Origin: Rhynchopus sp. YZ270_cl-10
Taxonomy: Eukaryota
Assembly (NCBI GenBank): GCA_964035575.1
Contig: OZ037833.1
Span: 1,922,001 to 1,986,000 of the forward strand
DNA length: 64,000 nucleotides
Reading direction: 5' to 3'
In this document: in pieces, positions 46,790-58,300 of the stretch
Layout: every line of letters starts with the position of its first letter
Numbering within the stretch: position 1 is the stretch's first letter
Notes under the pieces: model-generated
Databases searched by the model: none
Seen by the model: the letters and a program-made list of their open reading frames with translations, nothing else
Told to the model about the DNA's origin: nothing
Program-made: the position numbers and the translations under genes

Positions 46790-47845
46790 TTATTTGCTTT
46801 TTTTTGCAAAGCAAAGCGTAGTCTGCACCGAGCGTTTTGGCGGGGCTTTCTTCACGGAGGTGGTAGGAGCTTTGGGGAGGATCTTCTTCTTTTCCATCAT
46901 GTTCCGGATATCCATTTGACCTAGTGAGCCGAGCATGGTGGGTTTGCTTTGCTTCTTCGTTTCAGCCCTTCCGAAAACAGGACGACGTACTGAACGACCA
47001 CTTGCCTTTCTTTTCCCCGCAAGCTTTTGCTTCACTGCCCATTTATCTAAGGTAAGCTGGTTCGCGTCAGCGATAGACGCACCATCAAGAAACTTTGCTT
47101 CTACTTCGTCGAGCATTTTTTGGTATTCTTTGTACAGAATTGTTACCTCCGATTCGGCAACGGTTTTGTACTTCACAAGAAGCCCACGAATTGAATGGAT
47201 CAATGCCAGCTTCCAATGGTGCAGTTTATGATACGCCATCGACGCCTCACGACACCCTGGCCCTACAGCAAGCAACCCATCATGCGCCACAGCGCAGGTT
47301 CCATCCTCCTTCGAGATATCCCTAATATACTTCTCAATGTCCCCAGGCTTATTGTTCCATAAATGCCGCGCACTGTAGGTAATACCCGATAGCTTCATGA
47401 CATAGCTCGCATGCTTCCCGCACGCAGAACAGGTAAAATCCTTTTCGTTTTTTGCGTCCACCCGGGTCACATCCATTCTACTATACTTATCCAACGCCTG
47501 AACAAAAGACTGCTTCCATACAGTACTATCACAGAGCAAATCTCTACGCACCTTTACCTTTTCCTCTACCCTATTACAGCAATGTTGTATTTCTTCTAGA
47601 TCGGCATCTTCAATACGTGATTTGCATAGAACCCGGCGGATTTCGGTAAGATAAATTGAAAAAATCTGTTTTTCGTTTAAAAAATGCAACGATGCGTCAG
47701 AAGCAGAAGAAGACGAAGAAGATGACGAAGACGAGGAGGAGGAGGAGGAGGAAGAAGAAGAGGAGGAGGAAGAAGAGGAAGTGGTGTTCTCCTGCGGTGC
47801 TATCGGCTCCGCAACATCCTCTGCACAGAGGTCGATCACATTCAT
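46790..47845 (-). CDS. DUF4211 / CCDC82-like protein (351 aa)
   Basis: STVWKQSFVQAL, CSACG..ASYVMKLSGITY and VGPGC..YHKLHHWK fit the DUF4211 pattern; poly-Ser N-terminus. Confidence 0.7.
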   Translation of the reverse strand: MNVIDLCAEDVAEPIAPQENTTSSSSSSSSSSSSSSSSSSSSSSSSSASDASLHFLNEKQIFSIYLTEIRRVLCKSRIEDADLEEIQHCCNRVEEKVKVRRDLLCDSTVWKQSFVQALDKYSRMDVTRVDAKNEKDFTCSACGKHASYVMKLSGITYSARHLWNNKPGDIEKYIRDISKEDGTCAVAHDGLLAVGPGCREASMAYHKLHHWKLALIHSIRGLLVKYKTVAESEVTILYKEYQKMLDEVEAKFLDGASIADANQLTLDKWAVKQKLAGKRKASGRSVRRPVFGRAETKKQSKPTMLGSLGQMDIRNMMEKKKILPKAPTTSVKKAPPKRSVQTTLCFAKKSK

Positions 47846-47949
47846 TGTTTTTTTGTTGGTCTGATTTTTTTTGTGATTTTTAAAAAACTTTAGATATTCA
47901 AGAGGGACACAGACAGACCTTTAAAAGAGTTGAATGAAGGAGGTCTTTT

Positions 47950-48168
47950 TCAAAAAAAAAGGCGTATCAAAGTGAACAATGCAACAACAAGACATATCCC
48001 CCCAAGCAAGGCCATGCATATAGTACCATGCTCCCGACGACGCTGTCGTGTGGCGAGGCCTTTGAGGTGGCGGTTGTTCTGCAGCAGCCTTGCAGCATCG
48101 TGCTGGAGCGCTGCAGGATGTACTGCACTCTGAGCATCATCTGACGGAGCTGTTCCCCCAGAAACCAT
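47950..48168 (-). CDS. Possible small tail-anchored protein (72 aa)
   Basis: MVSGGTAP... followed by a basic patch and a C-terminal hydrophobic helix ICMALLGGICLVVALFTLIRLFF. Confidence 0.45.
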   Translation of the reverse strand: MVSGGTAPSDDAQSAVHPAALQHDAARLLQNNRHLKGLATRQRRREHGTICMALLGGICLVVALFTLIRLFF

Positions 48169-48338
48169 TTTTTTTGTACTGTCGTTAGTGCGCACCTCCT
48201 TTTGAATACACACTATTACCTTCTTTTCTCGAAAGCAATTTCCTGACAGAAGTTGACCCCCCAAAAAACCCCCCTATTGCTCAACCCGACAGCAGATGGC
48301 AAAAAATAGAAACTAACTTCCGGTTCTGAATAAAAAGA

Positions 48339-51300
48339 AAACAATGAAAAACAACTTTTTCGTTTATCGCATCCTTACCCCCTGGGAACTGCGTAGCAGT
48401 GTCAAACTAGGCTGGTAATAAGAAGAGACGTAAAGCCGTACTAGGCGAGAGGTAGTAGGGAAGAACCAAGAGGTTCCCTCCTGGCATCGAACAACATGTC
48501 AGGTAATAACGAGTACACAATACTACTAGAGAGAGGTAACATGCCACATAGCCAAAGCGTACCTCAAAATGGAAATACCTGCATGTTGTACAGGAGTGCA
48601 ATAAAACAAAGAAAGTACACAAACGCTGCATAGCTAAATAGCAACGTGGCGGCTCCCAAGCCTCAGCACAGCAGGCTCCACACAACGTGAGCCGCGGCTA
48701 ATCCCTTCCAAGCGATGGGCATCCGCAACCTTTCACGGGTGTCGGCCTTCACACCCTCGTGACCTCAGTCTTCTGCACCGTTGTGGGCACCCAGGTCAAA
48801 CCTTTTTGCTGTCGGGACGACCCCGGAAACAAGTAGCGAGCGCCAGTAAGATCTTCTGGCACGTTGCAGGGTGGTAGGCTAAACGCAGATAGGTCCCGCT
48901 GTTATCCACTGCAAGACTTTTGCGCATGATGAGTGGAGTTCCCTCAAGCCAAGCAAGTACCGATGAAGCCCAATGAGTGGCAAAGCCGACGATGACGATC
49001 GTAGGAGCCAGGTACTGTCCGAACAGCGACGATCCGACAACTGTACCGAGTGTGCTTGGGACAGTGATGTGGCAGATGTTTTGTTGTCGGGGTTGGCTGT
49101 GTGTGTTCTACGTAGAAACCTACTGCTGATCAGTACTGCGTCTCGGGCGATGGCTCAGAGGAGGACTGGAACAACACGATCAACATCCCGAACAGTGGGT
49201 TAGGGCTACAGCAGCGTTGTTTGACATGCGCTAAAACTCCTGGTAGGGCTATGATCCTGACACGACCATAGTGGGGTGTGATGCTTCGTTGCGATACTAA
49301 AAACGACGGTGCTGGTTGGGACCTAGGATCGCACCGCCCAGGGCGTCTTTCCCTGCAACACCCCGCATATCTTCATCAAAGAGTTGCTGGCAGCTATTAC
49401 GTCAACCCTACTTGTCGCAGACAGTTACACAGTGGTCTAAATGCCCCAACACGTCTGCAGCTCAACATCGACAACTCTGTGGTGGTGGCTATTTCTAAGG
49501 GACATGGCAGCAATTTTGTCAGACAGCAGCACTGTCGCCGTTCGCTAGCACAACACGGCGCATGCTCAGTCTGTGGCCCACCGTGAGCAGAAACGGTGTA
49601 CAGCACTTCCAGAATCACTCCCTCAAGAAGTTTCCTCAAACACTCCCGCAAGCCTTGCGTTCATCTTCTCCTAAGAAGGGGCTATTGGCACGTCCATTTG
49701 CTGTTTCGTCTTTATGCTGAAACCGTGTCAATCGGCCGCAGGTTGTTCGCCGCCTGCGGTGTGTTCAGCTTCATCTTAAACTCTTCCTTCTTGGCATTCA
49801 GCGCCGCAGTCAGCTGTACAAACTCTTGCTTCACGTTTGCTGCTCCCCTGGAATACGCAATCAAAGAGACTAAAGACGGATGATACATAAGTCTAAACCT
49901 GTCTTGCTCACCTTCGAGGACACAGAGGTTCCCATTGTGCCATTGTTGTGTGTGTAGTCAGCAGTCTCGTCCCGAGGAGCAGAGAAGCTCCTCCAACTCG
50001 GCGATTCTGTCCCGCTGGTCCCCCGACGTGAGACGCTCAAATTCAGGAGATTCCTTGACACCCGTCTCCTTCAGTGCGCTGAGCTCAGCCTTGCAGCGGC
50101 AAACACGCCACTGACGGCCTCTTTCTGCGTGGACTCGCTGCAGTGTGTCGTTGAGGAGCGCAACCCCTCCACTGCAGCAGCCCAGCCTGCAGTCTGTCTC
50201 AAGCTCGCCATTGAGTCGTGCTACGCCTGTCTGCTGCTGGGTATGTTCATCCTGTAGGGCTGTAAAAGCCTCCTCACCAGAAGCCTTCTCCCCCTAGTTG
50301 TGTGATAGTCTCTGCGTGTGTGTTCATTGTGGCAGATATGGTAGTAAAAAACGTCCGTCATGTCTGATATCTCAGTGGACCTCGCAGCGAATGCTGTCTT
50401 CTCCTCTTACTGGTCTGCCGCAAACTACCCTGACGCGTCTGCATGAGATGAAGACTCAGACACACGCCTTCCTGCTCTGCCGCAAGGTGAGCCTCCAACG
50501 CGATGATCGACTCCTGACGCGAGGCAGGCTCCTGAGATGCATACTGCAGAGCGCTGAGTAGTGTGAAAGGTAAAAAACCAAGGGACCATCTTCGTACTTC
50601 GCCCACGGTGTAAAAACCCGCACCAGGGACTTCACCACCCCGTGCGCCGTGTTACCCCCCACAATGGTTACTTACTGCTCAGTCACGTAGTGGAGAAAAA
50701 AGGCATCCGTCTCGTGGCGGCTCATTTCGCAAATATCCTCCAGGGTGTAACCCGTCCTGACGATCTCCTGCAGAGCGCCTCTTGAAGTGAATGGCCCAAC
50801 GCCCTGGGGGTACCCAATGTTAAACGCCTTGCAAAAGCAGTATCGGGAAAGAGAAAAACTTGGTAGTTTGCGCTTAAATTCCGCCAAGCCTGCCAAAGGA
50901 CTCCGCTGCCCAAAACGGTATCCCCTTCACAACTGGATCGGACTCTGACCCCGACCAGTCCACCGCTGTGGTCCGTAGGCTGCCCGTAACAGCGGCGCTT
51001 CGTTAGTACCAGAAGGTCCGAGACCTGTGCGGCGTTGAACCCGAACATCAGTGCTACCGCGAAAATGCCGCGAAAAACGTCTTCTCAATGGCACGAAGAA
51101 AAGTTGGGGGCGTCATCGGCCATGCCTGCCGCAGCGGAAAAGAACGTTCGACATCGTGCAACCTGTTCGCGTTCGCACACTATCGAGTGTAGCTGCAGTC
51201 GTTCCCTGCGCCAGAGTGCTTGATATCCGTTCCGCGCCCAGCCCACCAACGCTGTGATGTCGCTCTCCAGGAGATGCACTACTTTTCGTTTTCTGGAAAT

Positions 51301-52429
51301 GGCTCCCGCGACTTCGCTGTCTGCTCCTCCTCTTTTGCACCCCCCGTCTGTTGGGGCCGCCGCAGAGGCGCGATGTTCTTAATGGGCGCCTTGCCTAAAC
51401 GTCCCCAAATCTGGATAAGTTCACTGCCAGGGCGCGATGTTCCTTCTTTGAATTCACTGCCAGCGCGGATCGGTAAACACGGGTTGCATCTCGTGTCGAA
51501 AACGTTGCACCGCCAGACCTCGCGACGAATTGGTCATGCTCAGCCATGTGTCAGGATTCAGGTGCTCTCCTGCTTCCTGATCGCTCGGTGTTCTGAATGG
51601 GGCGCGATGTTCCTCGTTGGAATTCACTGCCAGCGCTCGGTGTTTATAATGGGCGCGATGTTCCTTATTGGAATTCACTGCCAGCGCTCGGTGTACTGAA
51701 ATGGGGCGCGATGTTCCTCGTAGGAATTCACTGCCGATGGGGCGCGATGTTCCTTGTTGGAATTCACTGCCAGCGCTCGGTGTTTATAATGGGCGCGATG
51801 TTCCTTGTAGGAATTCACTGCCAGCGCTCGATGTACTGAAATGGGGCGCGATGTTCCTCGTAGGAATTCACTGCCGATGGGGCGCGATGTTCCTTGTTGG
51901 AATTCACTGCCGGGGCGCGATGTTCCTCGTTGGAATTCACTGCCAGCGCTCGGTGTTTATAATGGGCGCGATGTTCCTTGTAGGAATTCACTGCCAGCGC
52001 TCGGTGTACTGAATGGGGCGCGATGTTCCTCGTTGGAATTCACAGCCGGGACGTGGTCGTCCGTCACGGAATTCACTGCCATTTGGGGCGCGATGTTCCT
52101 TGTTGGAATTCACTGCCGGGGCGCGATGTTCCAGGGTGGAAGTCACGGGCGGGGCGCGATGTTCCGGCCCGTTCCCATTGCTGGTTAGGGCGGAATTCGT
52201 CGCCAAACTCTGCTCAATAGCACGCGTGACAAATCCCTCCAGCCCCGCAGGCCAGGCATCACCCTCCTTCACTGTCGGCACCGCAAGGTTCGGCGGGGAA
52301 AATCGCCATCGTCTCCTCCACAGGCGCCTTTCCCTTCTTGCCGCTCTTCGGTGTCTTAGTCTACCCCATTGTGAAAAAATAAGCGGATAAACTGGATAAA
52401 CAATGAAAAACAACTTTTTCGTTTATCGC
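48339..52429. mobile_element. Decayed tyrosine-recombinase (DIRS-order, TATE/VIPER-like) retroelement
   Basis: 32-bp direct repeats at 48339-48370 and 52398-52429. RNase H-like PHIFIKELLAA and IDNSVVVAISKGHGS on + (~49363-49520, frameshifted). YR box II-like SRGALQEIVRTGYTLEDICEMSRHETDAFFLHY on - (~50685-50790). Confidence 0.65.
51598..52165. repeat. Compound minisatellite, core GGGCGCGATGTTCCTYGTWGGAATTCACTGCC
   Basis: More than ten cores joined by a few re-used linkers (AGCGCTCGGTGTTTATAAT, AGCGCTCGRTGTACTGAAAT, GAT). Confidence 0.9.
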
Positions 52430-52777
52430 TCCGCAAGCTTGTTGTGTTTTTTCGCTGAAGTGTGTGTTGTATGATAGAGAAAAAATAATGAGGGAGAAAA
52501 CACAAGCTGGCGGGCACGCACCTTCCGTCGTTTCTATTTCCTATTGTCAAGTACCTTGATTTACAAAAAAAAAACTCTTCAAAAAAAATGCTCTTTTTTC
52601 TGCAGTTTTTTTTGGAGGGGGCCGAAAAGCAAAAGGGGAGGAGAGGGGAGAGAGAGTGTGAGCGAAGGGGAAAGGAGAAAAAAACGACTTTTTTTTTTTG
52701 TGTCTTCTGTACTATGAATTGTTAGTTTTAGTTTTTTTGGAAAGGAGGGGAGAGGAGGAGGAGGGGAAAGGGGCATA

Positions 52778-53546
52778 CTGGGGGGGAGCTATTAAAGTAT
52801 ACGTATACTTTATTCGGCGGGAATTACTGTTTAAATGGCCAAAAAACGAAAAAGGGAAAAAAAAAAATTACTGTTATTTCGGGGTTTCTTAGTGGCCGAA
52901 ACCTCGCGAAAACACCACCATTGACATTTTTGGGCCAATCCCAGCCAGTGGTGGGGTCAATGTGGAAAAATGAACAATTTTTTGGTGACTTAAATTTTCA
53001 CAAATCTGAACCTCATCAGGCACCAATCGTGTAAAAACTGACACACGCGTTTTAGGTCAAAAATGCACGTTTCTCAGCTCAAAGTGAGCCCATCACAGCA
53101 CGCACAGAATCCGGACCACCGAAATCAAAAATTTTTTTTTTCGATTTTTTGTGCAAAAATTGGTGGAATTTTTTTTTAGTAAGAAAAATGTACACAAAAA
53201 CCGTATACCTTATTTCACAGATTTCCACGCTCAAAATGGGTTTCCGCGCCGTATACTTTATTAGCACCGTATACACGACGGTGAAGTAACGGGTGTTACA
53301 AGTGGAGTTACAAGTGAGTTACATGTAACTTTTGTTACATGTAACTCACTTGTAACTCACTTGTAACCCACCAGTTACAACCTGATTTTGCCTGTAATTC
53401 ATGTATCCCACTTGTAACTCACTTGTAACTCACTTGTAACTCACTTGTAACGGGTTTTCACTTGTAACGTTACATGTAACTTCACTTGTAATGTACTATA
53501 CTTCACCGTCGTGTACTTTAATAGCCCCCCCCCCCCCCCCCCCCAG
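52778..53546. mobile_element. TIR element with a nested MITE (53274-53513)
   Basis: Outer ends TA|CTG(n)AGCTATTAAAGTA...TACTTTAATAGC(n)AG|TA. Inner ends TA|CACGACGGTGAAGTA...TACTTCACCGTCGTG|TA, with CACTTGTAACT repeats inside. Confidence 0.75.
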
Positions 53547-55328
53547 TAACCCTTCGCGTATGGAGATATTCAGGTTGTAAAACCCAATTTATCAAATAGT
53601 TTAGTTTTTGGGGTTCGCGGGAATATTCTAATAGGGACTCAATTGTGAAAAACAGATGGCAAAAAAAGAGAAAAAAACGATACGGACAAACAGAAACAAA
53701 ACTGGGTAAATAAACTACATTTTTTAATCTTTAAAACCCTCAGGGCCTTCAACGTGTCGAAGTTAAGCCTTAACTTCGACAACTTTTTTTTTTTGGCTTT
53801 TTTTTTTTGTCGAAGTTCGACAAATCTAAAAAAAAAAATGGGATTTTGGCAAAATCCTTTTATCTCTGACCGAGTTGCAGGGTAGTCCACGGGAGAAACT
53901 CGGTTCAGGGTTTTAACTTTAACATTCTCCTGTGATCCACTGTGACCATTTGGACAGAGCTCGTAGAACCCAACGAGGAGTGAGCCAGGCAAAAGTAGCG
54001 TACCGTGCGCCTGCGGCGCAAGCAGGCATCCCACCCTTCCCATGACATAGTTTGGCTGTAAATAAAGCGCCATGGTATGCGCAATGTTTGAAACGTTGCG
54101 TACCGTGGCTTCGCCAGAGGGACCTTTGTTGTTATAAATGTACTGAGCTTACTGATAAGACAGGTGTGATACCCACTACGGCTTGTGGGTCACCAGTGGC
54201 TACAAAGCTGCCAATGCTGCTTGTGTTGAAATACACGTGTGTGGGACAGGCGGAGTTTTTTGGCTGACCGAGTTTTCAAAAATGACCAAAACTTGTATAC
54301 ACCCCTGAGAGCTTCTCCCTGTGATTTGCTGCACCCGCGCGCGCGAAGCGCGCGCGGGCTCGGGAGGTCTATTTTTTTCAGGGTATTTCCTAAATCGGGG
54401 TCCCAAAATCTCAAAATCCGGAATCGGGTGCAAAAAAAGCGCGCTGAGCAACGTTAGGGTTTTTTGTGCAGAAAACTGAGTTATGGTGCATTTCCGAGCC
54501 AATCCCGGCTTGTGGTGGGGTCACTTTGCCGAAATGGCCAAGTTCTTGGTGTTGGTCAAAATGAGTGTAAGGTAAAGGGGACCAGGTAAATCCCACAACC
54601 CAGATTTTCTCTCCCTGATCCTGAAAACATGAAAATACCCGAAAACACCGGCATTTGCATTTTCGGAATCCGCCCGTTCTGTGGTGGGGTCAATTTGCCG
54701 AAATGGACAAGTCCTTGGTTTTGGTCAAAACCCGTCAGTGTAAGGTAAAGGGGGCAAGTGTTTGCCTGTAGGAACTGGTAGGAACAGGCAGCGCCGCAGG
54801 CGCACGGTACCCAACATCGGTGAAAATAAAAATTCCCGAAAACTGCTTTATTTGAATGATTGGAGCGATCCAGAACAGCGAACATACTTTTTTCGGGAAA
54901 ATACCAAAAAATAGGCACTTTAAATACAGCTACCCTAACATAAAAAAAAGGGGAAAATGTGCCCGCCGCAGGCGGAATTTTTTTTTGGCCTGTGAACTTT
55001 TTTTCCGGACTTTTTTGCGTTATTTTGCAAGATCGGGGCTCCGAGGTTCGGAATATTTTTTCCTCGGACATTTTTACCTCACCCTGTGCTCCTTCCCACG
55101 ACTACTCTCCCTTTGCAAAAAAACCGCGGAACACCTGAAAACCCCCCTTGCAAAAAAAGCGCGGAACTTTTTCTGAAAAAATCTCGGGAGACGGGTAGTG
55201 GATTTAGGAAATACCCTGATTTTTTTTTTTTTACTTCGACAAAACTGTGGACAGACTTTGTCAATGGTTGAAGGCCCTGAAAACCCTCATGAGACATCCA
55301 CCGTATCCTTCTCGCAAGCACCTAAGCG

Positions 55329-58300
55329 TCAAACCCGAAGACAGCCAACAAAAAGATGCGTATTTTCGTTTGTAATGGTGTGGAAGACACTGAGGTTGGC
55401 TTGGACTATGTCACCGAGTTTGGTTTCAGCTGTGATGGGCTGGCCTTGTTTAGAGAAGACTTGGCGGTTTGCGGTGACACACCCGGACTGGACGAAACGC
55501 TTGAGATATCCGTCGTGCTTGTCTGAGACTTCATCGGGCATGAGGATTTTGATGTTCTTGTCGATTACGTGCTCCTCGTTGAAGCCAAATGTTTCCTGTG
55601 CGGCTGCGTTCATAGAGAGAATGACGCCGTGCTCATTGATGGTGATCAACGGTGAAAGGCTGACTTTAGACACCATTGACGCAAGCCCAACTGCGACCTG
55701 CCGCTGTGCCACTGTGCGGTAGTCTTCCACGAACGCAAAGAAGAGGTGCTGTGAATCCGTGATATACTCAAAGACACGCAGCTTCACGGGGAAGATGTCC
55801 CCCGATTTGTGCTTTGCATCAACAACACGCACCTGGTCGACGACACGCTTTACACCATCCTCAAGGTACCTTCTGATGTAGGAGTCATGGTTCACTGCCG
55901 TCTGCGGGGGTGTGAACATTGCAACGTTCTGCCCTATGGACTCTTCGGCTGTGTACCCAAGGAGGGCCTCCGTCGCATCGTTCATGCTGGTGATCTTCCC
56001 GGACACATCGATCGAAACAATGGCCACAGATGTCAACGCAATAGACCCCGTTGCCACAGCAATTTCGTTGAGCTGCTGGACCTGCACATTGTCGCGGAGG
56101 TACCCCATGTACAGAGATTCGTCCTGCAGAACGACCTCATTAATGTGCGACTCAAACACAACAGACTCGCCAGACTTGCTTCGCCCCTCAAGGATCCGGG
56201 CTGTGTCGATGACGTGCTTCGCCCCCGTCACCTTGTACGACGCAAGGTAGCCATCGTGCTTCTCTGCAATAGCAGGCGGCATCACTAACTTAATGTTCTG
56301 CCCAATGAGCTCCTGCTTTGTGTACCCAAAGATCTTGCACGCAGCAGGGTTGAACTGCTGAATAATACCGACGTCATTTATGCTGCAGAACGGCAAAGGC
56401 GCGTTGTCCAAGACGCTGTTGTTCAGTTTCTCCTTCCGCTGAGACACCTTCATCTCGGTGTTGTCACTGATGAATCCGAAGAAGATGGTTTTTCCATCCT
56501 CGTCCAGAGCGTCTCTCAGGTAGAGTGTGACGGGTACAGTGGTCTCTGTGCCGTCTTCGTTGCGGCGTATCCCTGTGAGCTCCTTGCTTGTGTCGACCAC
56601 CCGTTTCAAGCGTGTGCGGAGGTAGCGCTCGACGTAGCCGTCGTGGTTCTCACGTATCCCGGGGGGTGTGATCATGCGGACGTTCTTCCCCAAGGCTTGC
56701 TCTTCTGTGTAGCCAAAGCAGGCTTCCGAGGCAGGGTTCCACATCTTGATGAGGCAGTCGCTGCCAATCATGATGAGAGGCGACTTGCTCATGTTGGTGA
56801 TCGACTCCGCAATTTGGAAGTTGCGCTCGTTCTCAGAATCTTTGGACGCATCGACGATGTTCCCCACGAAGACCCTGTCCGTGGCGGTGATGACAGCCTC
56901 GCGGATGGAGATGTCTATAGGCACGGTTTTGTTTGCCTTAGTCACACCCATGACACGCAGGGTCTTGCCAATGACAGTCTTTACCTTGGTCTTATTGTAG
57001 CGTGTCAGGTAGCCGTCGTGCTGGACAGCGACGTTCGGGGGCATGACAACTTTGATATTCTTCCCTAGCATCTCCTTCTCCGAGTACCCGAAGAGCTCCT
57101 CCCCGTTCTTCCAGAGCTCGATGGTCCCAGTCTGCGTGATGGTCACTGCTGTGGTGGTGGACAGCGCCAGCGTTGTCACTAAGAGGTTCACCTTGACCAT
57201 GCGCTCCGCCTGCTTGGCGACGGACATCGCGTACGCTACGTACACGACCTTGCCGTGCTTGAGCACCTCCTTTGCCGAGAGCTGCACAGGGAGCACACTC
57301 CCGTCCTTGTGGCGTGCGTCCAGGAGGCGGCAGGTGTCGAGCACGCGTTTCTGGCGCTTCTTCAGGTAGTTCGCGAGGTAGCCGTCGTGCTTCACTGCAG
57401 TGGACTCCACCATAAGCATCTTGACGTTCTGCCCCTGGGTTTCCTCTCCGGTATACCCCCATAGTGTGCGCGCTGCCTGGTTGAAGACCTGTATCGTGCC
57501 AATCTTGTCGATGATGATGATGGGCTCGTGCGAGCGTTCGACGATGGATTCGCCTATAGATTTGTGGACGAGGGCTTTGCGTTCCTCTGTAACGTCGCGA
57601 GCGAAGCCGAGGAAGAGCGACACTCCGTTGGACGGCACCTCGTGCACCCGCAGCTCTAGTCCGAAGATCTCGCCGTTGAGGCGCTGGCCTTTGACGATGG
57701 TTGTTGCGTCGATGACTGTCTTCACACCAAGCTTTCTGTACTGCCTCAGGTAGCCGTCGTGTTTCTCCGCATACTCCGGAGGCATGAGGCTGGTCACGTT
57801 CCTGGTGGGTGTGTTTGATATCAGTGGGCAATTCCTGGATGAATATATAATGTGGCCTGTGTGGAGTGTGCATACTTTCCAATCGCTTCCAACGCCGGCA
57901 TCCCCCAGTAGGTTTCTGCTGCGCGGTTGAAACGCAGGACGGTGCCCTTGTTGTCTATCGCAATCTGCGCCACCGTGCAGAGGTTTGAGAGTGTCTCGGA
58001 CACTGCCTGTTCACTCTCGCGAAGCATCGTGCTTTCCATGTCTTGGATGAAGCCGACAAATATCGGATCCTGTGAGGAGCATGTCATGAGGCACGAGGCA
58101 TGTGGATGGGTGTGTAAAGGGACATACTTCATCTGCTTCGCGGATCTCTTCAACACGGAGTTCGACTGTCAGCACTTTGCCTTGCTTTGTGACACAGCTC
58201 AGCCGGATCGAGCGGCCAATGACCTGAAGGGGTGCAGGGGTGGATGGAAGGGCAACCATTTTTTTAACCATACAGTTTTGTGTCCCGTCTTTCGGTAGGC

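Noticed and set aside
51598..52165. CRISPR-like ~32-bp repeats
   Set aside because: Linkers are short and re-used rather than unique; this is a minisatellite.
56992..57882. 296-aa alternate-frame ORF and many plus-strand ORFs over the PAS gene
   Set aside because: Shadow frames of a GC-rich coding region.
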